Below are positions 1-8,974 of a stretch of 64,000 nucleotides of DNA, piece after piece. Origin of the DNA: a virus; the IMG/VR virus record IMGVR_UViG_3300036981_000286, positions 15,594 through 79,593 of that record. The stretch is one strand, 5' to 3'. The notes under the pieces are model-generated. The model did no database searches. It was given only the letters and a program-made list of their open reading frames with translations, and was not told where the DNA came from. Made by a program: the position numbers and the translations under genes. The first letter of the stretch is position 1. Every line of letters begins with the position of its first letter.

Positions 1-1
1 G

Positions 2-133
2 TGGCACAAGTTTCATGGGCTTGAAGAATCGATGATGTTTGAGTTCAGCACGCACCACAGCGACAAGGACGTCGTTCGTGCTGGCCAGCCAGACAAGGAT
101 GTACCAAATGCCGCAGAAGAAATTAGCGACTGA
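2..133 (+). CDS. 3' end of a cupin-fold (sugar isomerase-like) protein, partial
   Basis: Frame 2 reads WHKFHGLEESMMFEFSTHHSDKDVVR...ISD then TGA at 131-133; resembles the C-terminal cupin motif. Not in the ORF track. Confidence 0.55.
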   Translation, partial: WHKFHGLEESMMFEFSTHHSDKDVVRAGQPDKDVPNAAEEISD

Positions 134-2957
134 GATTCTGCACCGCGAATACGCAAAAGCTTTAGTTAATTTGGCGCTGGCCCGCGCGGATAAACTAGAC
201 ACTGTAAAACAAGCTGCTAATGCCTGGGGCGCGCTTGGAACTCTTGCGGGAAACGCAGTTACAGCTTTCAGAGGCGCAGCAAAGCCTGCGGCTAAAGCTG
301 TAACTCCAGTTGTTGATGCAGCTGCAACAGCCGCAAAGCCAGCAGCAAAGGCCGTAGCCCCAGTTGTTGACGCCGCCGCAACAACGGCTAAACCATCTTT
401 TAATTTACCGGGCGCGCCTCTGAGTTCGCCTAAGCAGCTCGCGGCGCTCCGTGCGGCGCAGGCGCAGGCGAGGGCAACCGGCGACTCAACACCGGTTAAT
501 AAGATGCTGTACAACTCCACAAACGCGCAGGCACCGGCGCCAAAGATAGCGCCAACTCCTGCACCGGCGCCAAAGCCCGGACCAGCTCCAGCCCCCGCGC
601 CGACACCAGCTCCAGCCCCCAAACCAGCGCCTGCGCCAGCCCCTGCGCCCGCTCCGGCCGCGGGCGGCGTGCCAGCGCCTTCGGCGCCTGTGCCTGCCCC
701 TGCCCCTGCCGCTGCGGGCGGAAATCCGGCTAAAGCTATTTTTGATCGATGGAAGCGTTTAACCGGACTGGGTGGCCGTTACGCATATCCGGTTGCCGTA
801 GGTAATGGTGCATTGTATCAAGGCGCACAACGAGTTGAAGAAAATACAGGCATACCTTTAACGACAAATCCAATTATTAGCGGCTTAGCGTTTCCGTTTT
901 CGACTGCGGGAGTCGCTCTCGGCAATCTAGCGGTTGGCACTGCTGACCGTGTGGTTCCGCCCCCGTCGGCGTCTGCACCTCCCCCCGCATCTCCGATTGC
1001 GGACAAAGAGCGGCTGCCTTATGCCGCTGGTGGCGCAGGCGGCGTAGCTGCAACAGGTGCCGGTACCGTGGCTCCAGTTGCGGATAAGCCGACAAGCCAA
1101 TTTGAAACGTTCTTAGCCAATAATAACATTAGTTCGATGGATGATGTTGCAAAACTTAGCCCTGAGCTGCAAGCGCAGTTTAATACGCTAGCAGTTGACG
1201 CTGTTGGCGCTAATCCGAAACCGGAAGCGCCTCCGCCTGCGCCTCCCGCCGCGGCTCCGATTGCGGACAAAGAGCGGTTGCCTTATGCCGCGGGCGGTGC
1301 GGGCGGTGTAGCTGCTACAGGTGCTGGCACCGCGGCGCCAGTTGCTGATAAACCGCAACTTACGCCAGAGCAGCAAACTGCCGCGGCTACTGACCTGCAG
1401 GCAAAGCTTAAAACTACAACGGACCCGAAAGCGCGCGAGACGCTTATTACTGATTACGCTAGCACGTTAAACCTTGACGCGCCGACGCAAACAGCAGCAG
1501 CCGCGTTTGCAAGAGGCGAAAAGACGCCAGAGGCGCAAGCGTTTGAAAAAGAATACATGCAGCCTGCGCTCGGTAATTTTGTTAACGACGCCACAGGCGG
1601 GTCCGGCGCCAACAGTCCCCGCGAGTTTGGGCAAATTACTCAGATGTGGGAAGGTTTAGGCACTGCTGGGCAGATGGCTTTTGCCATTGGCGTACCGTTA
1701 GCGCTTCTCGGTGTGTTAGGCGGCAGCGGAGCCGGTATGTTACTGGGCGCCCTCGGTATTGGCGCGGCTGGCTTGGCCGCTGCTTCAAGCGGCTTGTTCG
1801 GCGAGACTGCGCAAAATACTGTTGCTGGCGCAACTGACGCCGCCGCATCTGCAGCCGGTATTTCAACAAAAGCACCAGAACAGGTTCCGTTTGAATACAC
1901 ACCGGAAAACGCCAGTCAGATTTTAAATCAATTGTCTGGTACTGATACCGGTATGTTTGCCAATCTGGGCGCAGGCTCACAAAACTCGTTGCGGTCATTT
2001 GCTACGGCAAATAAACCCGCTTTGGAAAACATGCTTGCACGACCCGCGGAAGAGCTCGCCGGACTCGTCACAAATTTAGCGCCCGAAGCGCAAACAAACT
2101 TAGCTGAAAGATTGCAACTTATGCGCAGTAGACTACCAGATAATCCAAAAACGCCAGACGTAAACGAAACGCAACAAGGGCAGCAGAAAATTGACGCGGT
2201 GCTCGCCGCAATAAAGACAAGCATGTTTAACGAAAAATTAGCTGCTATTTTGGTTATGCGCAAAGCCGCCCGTTGCTGGGCCGGTTACGAACCAGTGCCG
2301 GGCAAGAAGCCCTACAGCAACGACTCATGCCGCCCGATTGGCGGTAAGAAAAAGAATAAAAAGACTGAGAAAAAAGCAGTACAGGCCGCGTGCCCTGGTG
2401 GTGTGTGCCCGCGGCCGCGAGCTGCCCCGCAACAACCAGCGCAGCCGCAGTATAGTACAATCCCGTTTGACCGCGCTTATGCGGAAGCGGCGTTTAAACA
2501 TCACGGAATACCCTATAACGCAGAAGCTACAGATCAGCAGCTGTACAACAAATTCACCCACCTAGGCAAAATACCGCCCAATAAACCCCCGAACAAATTT
2601 CAAGAAATGGTTGGCGTGCATCACGGCCGCCTCCCTCCGCCGCCACTGCAGCCGACCGTTGCGCGTCCTAGGGTGATTCCGTCCACCGATATCGCTCCGC
2701 CAGCTGTAACGCCAGCGCCAGCGCCGTCTCCGTTTAAGGCAGCGCCCCGCCCTCAAAGCCCGCCAACGAGCGCTGCCCCGGCCGCGCCTGCCGAAAAGCC
2801 CATTCATATGCGGAACCCTGCCACGCTAGACGCGGCCGGCATGGATGCTTGGTGGGCCCACCAGTTCAAACAGCAGGCGATGGCTAACGCAGCTCGTCGG
2901 CCGCCGCCGGTAACCGCTGCGCCCGCAAAACCAGCGACGCCACCGAAAGTGCGGTAA
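108..2957 (+). CDS. Large Pro/Ala-rich, probably virion-internal protein with glycine-rich hydrophobic segments
   Basis: ORF 39..2957; ATG at 108 follows AAGGA. It has PA repeats, a duplicated 34-aa block, a GxxxG hydrophobic stretch, a CWAGY...SC mini-motif and K-x-A sites (VKQAA, EKLAA, RKAAR, EKKAV). Confidence 0.6.
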   Translation: MPQKKLATEILHREYAKALVNLALARADKLDTVKQAANAWGALGTLAGNAVTAFRGAAKPAAKAVTPVVDAAATAAKPAAKAVAPVVDAAATTAKPSFNLPGAPLSSPKQLAALRAAQAQARATGDSTPVNKMLYNSTNAQAPAPKIAPTPAPAPKPGPAPAPAPTPAPAPKPAPAPAPAPAPAAGGVPAPSAPVPAPAPAAAGGNPAKAIFDRWKRLTGLGGRYAYPVAVGNGALYQGAQRVEENTGIPLTTNPIISGLAFPFSTAGVALGNLAVGTADRVVPPPSASAPPPASPIADKERLPYAAGGAGGVAATGAGTVAPVADKPTSQFETFLANNNISSMDDVAKLSPELQAQFNTLAVDAVGANPKPEAPPPAPPAAAPIADKERLPYAAGGAGGVAATGAGTAAPVADKPQLTPEQQTAAATDLQAKLKTTTDPKARETLITDYASTLNLDAPTQTAAAAFARGEKTPEAQAFEKEYMQPALGNFVNDATGGSGANSPREFGQITQMWEGLGTAGQMAFAIGVPLALLGVLGGSGAGMLLGALGIGAAGLAAASSGLFGETAQNTVAGATDAAASAAGISTKAPEQVPFEYTPENASQILNQLSGTDTGMFANLGAGSQNSLRSFATANKPALENMLARPAEELAGLVTNLAPEAQTNLAERLQLMRSRLPDNPKTPDVNETQQGQQKIDAVLAAIKTSMFNEKLAAILVMRKAARCWAGYEPVPGKKPYSNDSCRPIGGKKKNKKTEKKAVQAACPGGVCPRPRAAPQQPAQPQYSTIPFDRAYAEAAFKHHGIPYNAEATDQQLYNKFTHLGKIPPNKPPNKFQEMVGVHHGRLPPPPLQPTVARPRVIPSTDIAPPAVTPAPAPSPFKAAPRPQSPPTSAAPAAPAEKPIHMRNPATLDAAGMDAWWAHQFKQQAMANAARRPPPVTAAPAKPATPPKVR
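991..1355 (+). repeat. Two copies of a ~100-bp coding repeat (PIADKERLPYAAGGAGGVAATGAGTxAPVADKP)
   Basis: Copies at about 991-1091 and 1255-1355 differ almost only at synonymous positions. Confidence 0.85.
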
Positions 2958-2980
2958 TGTATCGCGCAATAGCTAATACT

Positions 2981-2998
2981 TAAAACAAGGACGTTTTA
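2981..2998 (+). promoter_or_regulatory. RBS hairpin with ANGGAN hexaloop (CsrA/RsmA-like site)
   Basis: TAAAAC-AAGGAC-GTTTTA, a perfect 6-bp stem ending on the A of the phoH ATG. Confidence 0.65.
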
Positions 2999-3729
2999 TG
3001 GCTAAGTCCAAACGATCAGCGTACAAATCGAGCCGCGGCGCACAACGAAAAACTACACGACAAGAAAAAAAGGAAAAAACGCAGCAAGCTATTATTGCGC
3101 CAATAGAAGTTAAGCCGCGCACTAAAGCGCAGCATGAAGCGCTAAAGTTAATTGAGAAAAATCACATTACGTTTTTGCTCGGCTCAGCTGGTTCCGGCAA
3201 AACGTTTCTAGCGATGGCGTACGCTATTAATGAGATTCTTGCGGGCACGCGTAACAAGATCGTGCTCACGCGACCTATCGTCGAGGCCGGCGAGAAACTA
3301 GGGTTTCTTCCGGGCACGTTTGGCGACAAGGTAAACCCGTACATGCAACCGCTGTACGACACAATGGATTTGCTTCTGGGCAAGCAATCCGCTGCCCGAG
3401 AGTTTGTTAATCGATCTATTATGTTGGCGCCGTTGTGCTACATGCGGGGCCGTACATTCCACGACGCCGTCTGTATCTTCGACGAAGCGCAAAACGCGAC
3501 GTACACGCAATTAAAGCTGTTTCTCAGCCGTTTTGGCGATAATACCAAAGTGATCGTAACAGGTGACCCTGAACAAAGCGATCTATTTGATAAAGCGCAT
3601 TACGACTATTGTGCGTTAAGTGAAGTTCAGAAAAGACTGCAGGAATTAGACGGGGTAGGCATGATGGAGTTCGCCAACAGTGACGTTGTGCGCCATCCGC
3701 TAATTACGCAGATTTTGAACCGCCTCTAG
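2998..3729 (+). CDS. phoH: PhoH-family ATPase
   Basis: Walker A GSAGSGKT, TRPIVEAGEKLGFLPG, YMRGRTF, DEAQN, GDPEQSD, DVVRHPL. Confidence 0.95.
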   Translation: MAKSKRSAYKSSRGAQRKTTRQEKKEKTQQAIIAPIEVKPRTKAQHEALKLIEKNHITFLLGSAGSGKTFLAMAYAINEILAGTRNKIVLTRPIVEAGEKLGFLPGTFGDKVNPYMQPLYDTMDLLLGKQSAAREFVNRSIMLAPLCYMRGRTFHDAVCIFDEAQNATYTQLKLFLSRFGDNTKVIVTGDPEQSDLFDKAHYDYCALSEVQKRLQELDGVGMMEFANSDVVRHPLITQILNRL

Positions 3730-3731
3730 TA

Positions 3732-3760
3732 TTGCACACTTGTGTAAGTGCCGTTACACT
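3732..3760 (+). promoter_or_regulatory. Sigma70-like promoter
   Basis: TTGCAC-N17-TACACT upstream of the ferritin-like gene. Confidence 0.55.
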
Positions 3761-3814
3761 TGGCGCTCTGTAAAGATTGCCTTGCACAACTACGGCCCTA
3801 CGCCCGAGGTAACC

Positions 3815-4285
3815 ATGTCAGTCGAGTTACTGCAAAAGTTAAACGACGCGCTTGAGCAAGAACGTAAGCATTTAGGTTTTTATCTTTACCATACTAGCGC
3901 TGTTACTGGCCTGCACGCGCAAGAGTACAGCGAGTTTTTGTTTGAGCAGGCTAAGAGCGAGCTTGAGCACGTAAAGCAGTTTCAAGACCTATTATTAGGC
4001 CTTGGAGCCTCGCTATCGCTCGGCTCCAAGGCCTTTCCGGTGTATGAAGACATCAAGTACATCATGTCATACGCGCTGCTGATAGAAGCAGAGGTCGTAG
4101 AGAATTACACAGCTTTAATTGCCTCGTTAGATAGCGTACCGGTAGTTACGCTGACTACAGCTGACGGCGGTCCTCAGCCAGTTGGGCTTACGGCGGCAGA
4201 CCTAAAATGGATTGAGATATTTTTGGAAAAACAAATTGAGGACAGTCGGCAGGATTTAGATCGTATTAAACGGATTCTTACTTAG
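3815..4285 (+). CDS. Ferritin/bacterioferritin-like protein
   Basis: LLQKLNDALEQE, YLYH, EQAKSELEH and EAEVVENY fit the four-helix di-iron pattern. ATG 3815 follows GAGGT; the track start at 3740 overlaps the promoter. Confidence 0.75.
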   Translation: MSVELLQKLNDALEQERKHLGFYLYHTSAVTGLHAQEYSEFLFEQAKSELEHVKQFQDLLLGLGASLSLGSKAFPVYEDIKYIMSYALLIEAEVVENYTALIASLDSVPVVTLTTADGGPQPVGLTAADLKWIEIFLEKQIEDSRQDLDRIKRILT

Positions 4286-4295
4286 TGAAGCATTT

Positions 4296-4533
4296 CAGGA
4301 GAGCAGCAAGGATGGCGCGTAGTGCGACACATCTCCCTCACATCGGTGGCGCGCGCGAGTGATTCTTGTTGGTTCCGGCTGTACACATACAGCTGGAATT
4401 GCACGGCGTCGGATAAGCCGCCGTGCCGGACGTTGGTTGCTGGGTTCTAACGGTGTCCGACCGCCCCTTTCGCCCCTACGCAACACGAGCACAAGCAGGA
4501 CGCGAGCGGTCCTGCTGCCAACGGTCCAGCCTG
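4296..4533 (+). ncRNA. Candidate structured non-coding RNA (unknown class) upstream of tRNA-Ser
   Basis: Intergenic. Stems 4304-4313/4362-4371, 4373-4383/4388-4398, 4401-4408/4419-4426, 4428-4436/4518-4527 and 4494-4501/4509-4516; the G-U pairs favour the + strand. Confidence 0.55.
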
Positions 4534-4541
4534 TTTAAATT

Positions 4542-4628
4542 GGATGGGTGGCAGAGTGGTTTAATGCACCGGTCTTGAAAACCGATGAACTTTAACTTGT
4601 TCCGGGGGTTCGAATCCCTCCCCATCCG
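4542..4628 (+). tRNA. tRNA-Ser (anticodon TGA)
   Basis: Acceptor stem GGATGGG/CCCATCC, anticodon loop CT-TGA-AA, long variable arm, GGTTCGAATCC T-arm, G discriminator; CCA not encoded. Confidence 0.95.
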
Positions 4629-4634
4629 CATAGG

Positions 4635-4663
4635 TTGCGTTATTTTCTGTGTGCTTGTAAATT
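4635..4663 (+). promoter_or_regulatory. Sigma70-like promoter
   Basis: TTGCGT-N17-TAAATT. Confidence 0.5.
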
Positions 4664-4689
4664 GACTGTACCTTTAAAGGAGCTTTTTT

Positions 4690-5025
4690 ATGGCTATGGA
4701 CTATATCGTAGATATCACAACGTTGTTTGGCCAGAACGCGGCTATTACCGGAACTGGCGCCGCAGCTGAGCTGACGTATCGCCCGGCTGAAACCGGCAGC
4801 GGCTCAAACTTCGGCAACCCCGAAACAGCTGCGCCAGAAGGCTTGTTACTGGCGCTTTTGCAAAAAGCGTTCGATGAGCAGCTGATTACTCTGACGCGTG
4901 CTATGGAAATTACTAAAAGCGCGATCATTTCTACTAAGGATGGCGTGCAGGTAAACGGCGAGCAGTACACAGTGCGGATCTTTTCGGGCACGGCTCTGGG
5001 CGCTCTTGATCCTGACGGGCTGTAA
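4690..5025 (+). CDS. Hypothetical protein
   Basis: 111-aa ORF with AAGGAG RBS. Confidence 0.7.
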   Translation: MAMDYIVDITTLFGQNAAITGTGAAAELTYRPAETGSGSNFGNPETAAPEGLLLALLQKAFDEQLITLTRAMEITKSAIISTKDGVQVNGEQYTVRIFSGTALGALDPDGL

Positions 5026-5027
5026 AC

Positions 5028-6539
5028 ATGTCTGCGCCAGTTTACGTAGCGTTTCATCACGGCCTAGGAGATTGCGCAAATTTTGCGCACCAAGTGCTGC
5101 TGTATCGCCGCCGCGGCGTTGATCTGGTGGTTGTGTGCGCAAAAAACAAACGCGCGGTCTTCGACGCCATCGGCGTTCCGACGCAACTAACTACAGAGAA
5201 CGGGGCGGCTCGGCCGCATCCGTGGTACGAGCCTAACCGACACCGCGCGTTAGGTCCGGATGACTTTTTGGCTGAGAATAAAATTCGGCGAAATTTTTGC
5301 AGTCCGCCGATGCCTCCGCGCGTCAAAGCCACCACTGAGCTTTGGGACGAGTATCTCGAAAATCGCGACTTGCTAGCGTTTAAATCTTACGCCGAACGCG
5401 TGGCGCCAATTGTGGCCGATCTGCAGCGCCCAATTACGTTAATTCACGCGCAGGGCAACACGTCGGCGTCGGAAAAAAACATGCCGCCGGATATGGCTAG
5501 CGACATCGCGCGTATCTTGCTGTCAAACACGACCGGCTCCGTTATCTTTCTAGATTGGGATCACAGAACATCGTGGTTTCACTCTGCGCGCTCACGGCAC
5601 ATTTTGTATCACTACGATCGTAAACTTACTGGCCCCGACGCGCTTGTTGGGTTGATCGGCCTTGCCGATTTAATAATTGGCGTAGATAGCGGTCCGTATC
5701 ATCTGGCCGGCATGATTGACGCGCCGTCGTTGGGCGTGTGGTTCGGCCACAATCCGGCAAATTACGCTATTCCGCGCAAAAATTGCGTAAACATTGTTCG
5801 CAATCAAGTTGAATTAAATACAGCCAGCGCGCATATGTACAACACTGTGCCGCAGTCTGCGATTACTGCGGAGTACGTGGCGCAAGCAGCGCAGCTTATG
5901 CTCGCCCCGCCGCGCTGGATTGAGGCAAATCAGGCGCATGATGTACAGCTGCAGCTTTGCACAAAAAAGTGCGATGGCGGCGTATTAGGCGTTGCGCACG
6001 CGCCCAACGTGCTTGTTGACCGCCACTTGAGTTTTGGCCTGATCTTCGACCATTTGGCCGCTCGTTGTCGCCCACCGGTCATGGTCGAGACGGGCTGTAT
6101 ACGTTCTGACAACGACTGGGCCGGCGCCGGGTACTCAACGTTTTTATTTGGTTTATTTGCGCAACGCCTAAAAGGCCGGCTGCTCAGCATCGATTTAAGC
6201 CTTACGCACAGCGCGTATGCCGCCCGTATTTGCAAGAACCTCGCCGCAGTCACAACCAAGTGTGCCGACTCGTTGGTCGCGCTGCGAGAAATAAATGAGC
6301 CAGTAGATCTGTGCTATCTCGACAGCATGGACACGTACGTCGCCGGCCATGAAGAGCACGGCCTCGCGGAAGCCCAACTCTGCGCTGATAAGGTAGCGCC
6401 CGGTGGTCTGATTGTATTTGACGACACGCTGTACGAAGGCGCGATGTGCCGCGGCAAGGGCGCGAAAGCCGTCCCGTGGCTGCTGAACAATGGGTGGCGT
6501 ATTTTATTCGCCGGCCATCAGGTAGTACTTACGCGTTAA
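5028..6539 (+). CDS. GT9-like (GT-B) glycosyltransferase fused to a class I SAM methyltransferase
   Basis: HGLGD and DLIIGVDSGPYHLA (GT9-like); VETGCIR, DLCYLDS and GGLIVFDD (Methyltransf_24-like). Confidence 0.75.
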   Translation: MSAPVYVAFHHGLGDCANFAHQVLLYRRRGVDLVVVCAKNKRAVFDAIGVPTQLTTENGAARPHPWYEPNRHRALGPDDFLAENKIRRNFCSPPMPPRVKATTELWDEYLENRDLLAFKSYAERVAPIVADLQRPITLIHAQGNTSASEKNMPPDMASDIARILLSNTTGSVIFLDWDHRTSWFHSARSRHILYHYDRKLTGPDALVGLIGLADLIIGVDSGPYHLAGMIDAPSLGVWFGHNPANYAIPRKNCVNIVRNQVELNTASAHMYNTVPQSAITAEYVAQAAQLMLAPPRWIEANQAHDVQLQLCTKKCDGGVLGVAHAPNVLVDRHLSFGLIFDHLAARCRPPVMVETGCIRSDNDWAGAGYSTFLFGLFAQRLKGRLLSIDLSLTHSAYAARICKNLAAVTTKCADSLVALREINEPVDLCYLDSMDTYVAGHEEHGLAEAQLCADKVAPGGLIVFDDTLYEGAMCRGKGAKAVPWLLNNGWRILFAGHQVVLTR

Positions 6540-6540
6540 C

Positions 6541-7524
6541 ATGACAACACCGCAAAAACTGATTCTAAAAAATTTCCAGAGCCCCGGCGACATAGTAATG
6601 CTACTGTACGCCATCGCAAGCTTGCACGAATCCAATCCGGGCAAGTTTATTACTGATGTGCGCACACCCGCGCGCGAGATATTTGACGGCTGCAAATTTA
6701 TCACGCCGCTGGATGACGCAGATCCAGAGGTCACAGTGATGCGGTGCGATTATCCTGCTATTCACCGCAGCAACACGCATCCGGTAAGGTTTTCGACAGC
6801 CTTCGGCGAGTTCTTAGCCGAGCGCCTTGGCGTGACAATTAAACCGACACGGTTCCACAGTTTAATTAACATTACAGACGCTGAGCAATCTTGGCTGTCT
6901 GCGGTACACGAGATCGTCGGGCGAGACGTGCCGTATTGGATAATCAACGCGGGACACAAACAAGATTTTACCGCTAAAGCTTGGGCGTTTTATCGGTATC
7001 AAGAACTTGTGGACAAATTCCCTGACGTGTGGTTTGTGCAGGTAGGTGCAAACGAGCACATTCATCCAACGCTAGCCGGCAAGAACGTAATTAACATGGT
7101 CGGAAAGACTGACACGCGGCAGCTTATTCGTCTTGTTTATCATAGTTTTGGGGTTATTAGCGGCGTTAGCTTTCCTATGCATTTATCGTATGCCGTTCCG
7201 CCGCACCCGCGATTTAAGCGCAAGTCCCGTGCAAGCATTGTTATTGCGGGCGGCCGCGAACCGGCACACTGGGAGCACGGGCCGGATCAGCAATTTTTAC
7301 ACACGTGCGGCATGCTGCCCTGCTGCGATCAGGGCGGCTGCTGGAAAAGTCGCGTTATCCCGCTAGGCGACGGCGACAGCAAAGACAAGAGTTTATGCCT
7401 GTCGCCCGTCATGCTTGAAGACGGGCAGTGGATTGCGCAGTGCATGTTCATGATCGAGGTTGATGATGTAGCGCGCATTATCTCTCGATATATGGATAAC
7501 TTGGAATACGAGCCTAAAAAATGA
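6541..7524 (+). CDS. GT9-like heptosyltransferase-type glycosyltransferase with a Cys-rich C-terminal insert
   Basis: SPGDIVML, KAW, FVQVG, NMVGKTDTRQLIRLV, VSFPMHL, CCDQGGCW...C...CM. Confidence 0.75.
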   Translation: MTTPQKLILKNFQSPGDIVMLLYAIASLHESNPGKFITDVRTPAREIFDGCKFITPLDDADPEVTVMRCDYPAIHRSNTHPVRFSTAFGEFLAERLGVTIKPTRFHSLINITDAEQSWLSAVHEIVGRDVPYWIINAGHKQDFTAKAWAFYRYQELVDKFPDVWFVQVGANEHIHPTLAGKNVINMVGKTDTRQLIRLVYHSFGVISGVSFPMHLSYAVPPHPRFKRKSRASIVIAGGREPAHWEHGPDQQFLHTCGMLPCCDQGGCWKSRVIPLGDGDSKDKSLCLSPVMLEDGQWIAQCMFMIEVDDVARIISRYMDNLEYEPKK

Positions 7525-7955
7525 CTCCGCATAGGACGCTGGTTTTTGCGCTTGATTTTGATTGCACGTTTACAGCTGATATTGAATTTTGGCGGCTTTT
7601 CGTGCACCTCTGTGTTGTACGCGGGCATCGTGTGTGGGTGCTCACTGCGCGGCACGATACGCCAGAGAACCACGCACAACTTGACGACGTTATTGGCGCG
7701 CAAACGCTAACGCTTATCTCCGGCACTATTTTTTCTAATCACAAGCCAAAACGAGCTGTTGCCGAAGAGCGCGACATAAAAATCGACATTTGGATTGACG
7801 ACCTGCCGGAGTTTGTTGGCGACGCTAGCCAAACAGTCTTAGACCACATTAAATCGCGGCAATCCATTACTGAGACGTTGCCCGTGTTTTCGCCCGGCGC
7901 TGTAGACCCAGCAGCTATTTGGGCGCCTAAATTACCAACACTGGGCGTTAATTAA
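7521..7955 (+). CDS. HAD-superfamily hydrolase
   Basis: ALDFDCTF (DxDxT), VLTAR, K, IDIWIDD. Confidence 0.8.
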   Translation: MTPHRTLVFALDFDCTFTADIEFWRLFVHLCVVRGHRVWVLTARHDTPENHAQLDDVIGAQTLTLISGTIFSNHKPKRAVAEERDIKIDIWIDDLPEFVGDASQTVLDHIKSRQSITETLPVFSPGAVDPAAIWAPKLPTLGVN

Positions 7956-8022
7956 TTTCTAAACCGCTGCTTAAAAGGTTAAATTGATATTAGCGGTTAG
8001 TTTGATCTAGCCGCGCCTACAG

Positions 8023-8040
8023 CACTGAAAGGACTCAGTG
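8023..8040 (+). promoter_or_regulatory. RBS hairpin with ANGGAN hexaloop
   Basis: CACTGA-AAGGAC-TCAGTG, a perfect stem 1 nt before the ATG at 8042. Confidence 0.65.
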
Positions 8041-8041
8041 T

Positions 8042-8668
8042 ATGGAAAAGCGCTGGCATTATGTTTACGTTATTTTGTATCCCGCGTTGGACTACAAATT
8101 TTATTACGGGTCACGCATAACCGACGTGAGCCCAGCGGCGGACGTTGAGTATTTTGGCTCATTAGTCACGTTCGCGCACTACAACGACGTAAAGGACGCT
8201 GAATATCAGGCAGACGCCTTAAAAGTCGTGCTGCACGCGGAGTACAGGGCTGTTTCCCGCACTAGTTTGCGGCGGCTTGCGGTGCGGGAAAATACGCTAA
8301 TTAAAGAAGCATTGGAAGCCAGCCACGTCGGGCCTGCAGTCTGTATAAATCGCAATATTGGCGGTCGCATATACGCGACAACGGACGAGCGACGGCAGTG
8401 GGGCGCGCTTGGCGGTAAAAAGGCGGCAGCCTCGTGCTTAGGCGCTCACGCGCTTGTTTATGACCACAGAGGGCAACCGCAAAAACTTGGCGCAGCCATG
8501 GCGCAAGCGCAACAATCCAAAACTTTTAAATTTTTGGATCCAACTGGTAATACGCAGACCGTGCACAATTTAAGAGAATTTTGCCGCGAAAATAACTTAG
8601 ACCAAGCCCACATGTGCTGCGTGCATCGCGGCTCGCGAAAAAGCCACAAAGGATGGTCTAAACCATGA
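8042..8668 (+). CDS. GIY-YIG (Seg-like) homing endonuclease with NUMOD-like C-terminus
   Basis: HYVYVI...FYYGSR, YFGS, CINRN; C-terminal NLREFCRENNL...KSHKGW. Confidence 0.65.
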   Translation: MEKRWHYVYVILYPALDYKFYYGSRITDVSPAADVEYFGSLVTFAHYNDVKDAEYQADALKVVLHAEYRAVSRTSLRRLAVRENTLIKEALEASHVGPAVCINRNIGGRIYATTDERRQWGALGGKKAAASCLGAHALVYDHRGQPQKLGAAMAQAQQSKTFKFLDPTGNTQTVHNLREFCRENNLDQAHMCCVHRGSRKSHKGWSKP

Positions 8669-8973
8669 CGATAAACCTTATCGTATTTTTAGGTATTTTG
8701 GGTAGTTTTGTACTTGGCTATCTTGTTGGGCGCGTAGATAAAATAGCTGGCGCGTTGCAGTCTAATACACAACAGCCCGCTAGCTTTCTAAAGGCGGCTA
8801 AAACGTCAGCTGCAGTAAAAGCAGCTGTAAATATTGACGACACCAAATACGTAGCGCCAATTCGGACGGACGGTTTAGCTAAAACGCAAGATACCGCTAT
8901 TGGCAAAACTACGACAACACAGGATGATATTCAAACCTCGGTTTCTAAACTCGCTCAGTTAAAGGGCAAATAA
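8665..8973 (+). CDS. Small protein with an N-terminal membrane anchor
   Basis: Hydrophobic LIVFLGILGSFVLGYLVG; ends 1 nt before the actin-like gene. Confidence 0.7.
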   Translation: MTINLIVFLGILGSFVLGYLVGRVDKIAGALQSNTQQPASFLKAAKTSAAVKAAVNIDDTKYVAPIRTDGLAKTQDTAIGKTTTTQDDIQTSVSKLAQLKGK

Positions 8974-8974
8974 T

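Noticed and set aside
4542-4628. Suppressor or selenocysteine tRNA
   Set aside because: The anticodon TGA reads the Ser codon UCA; a UGA reader would have anticodon TCA.
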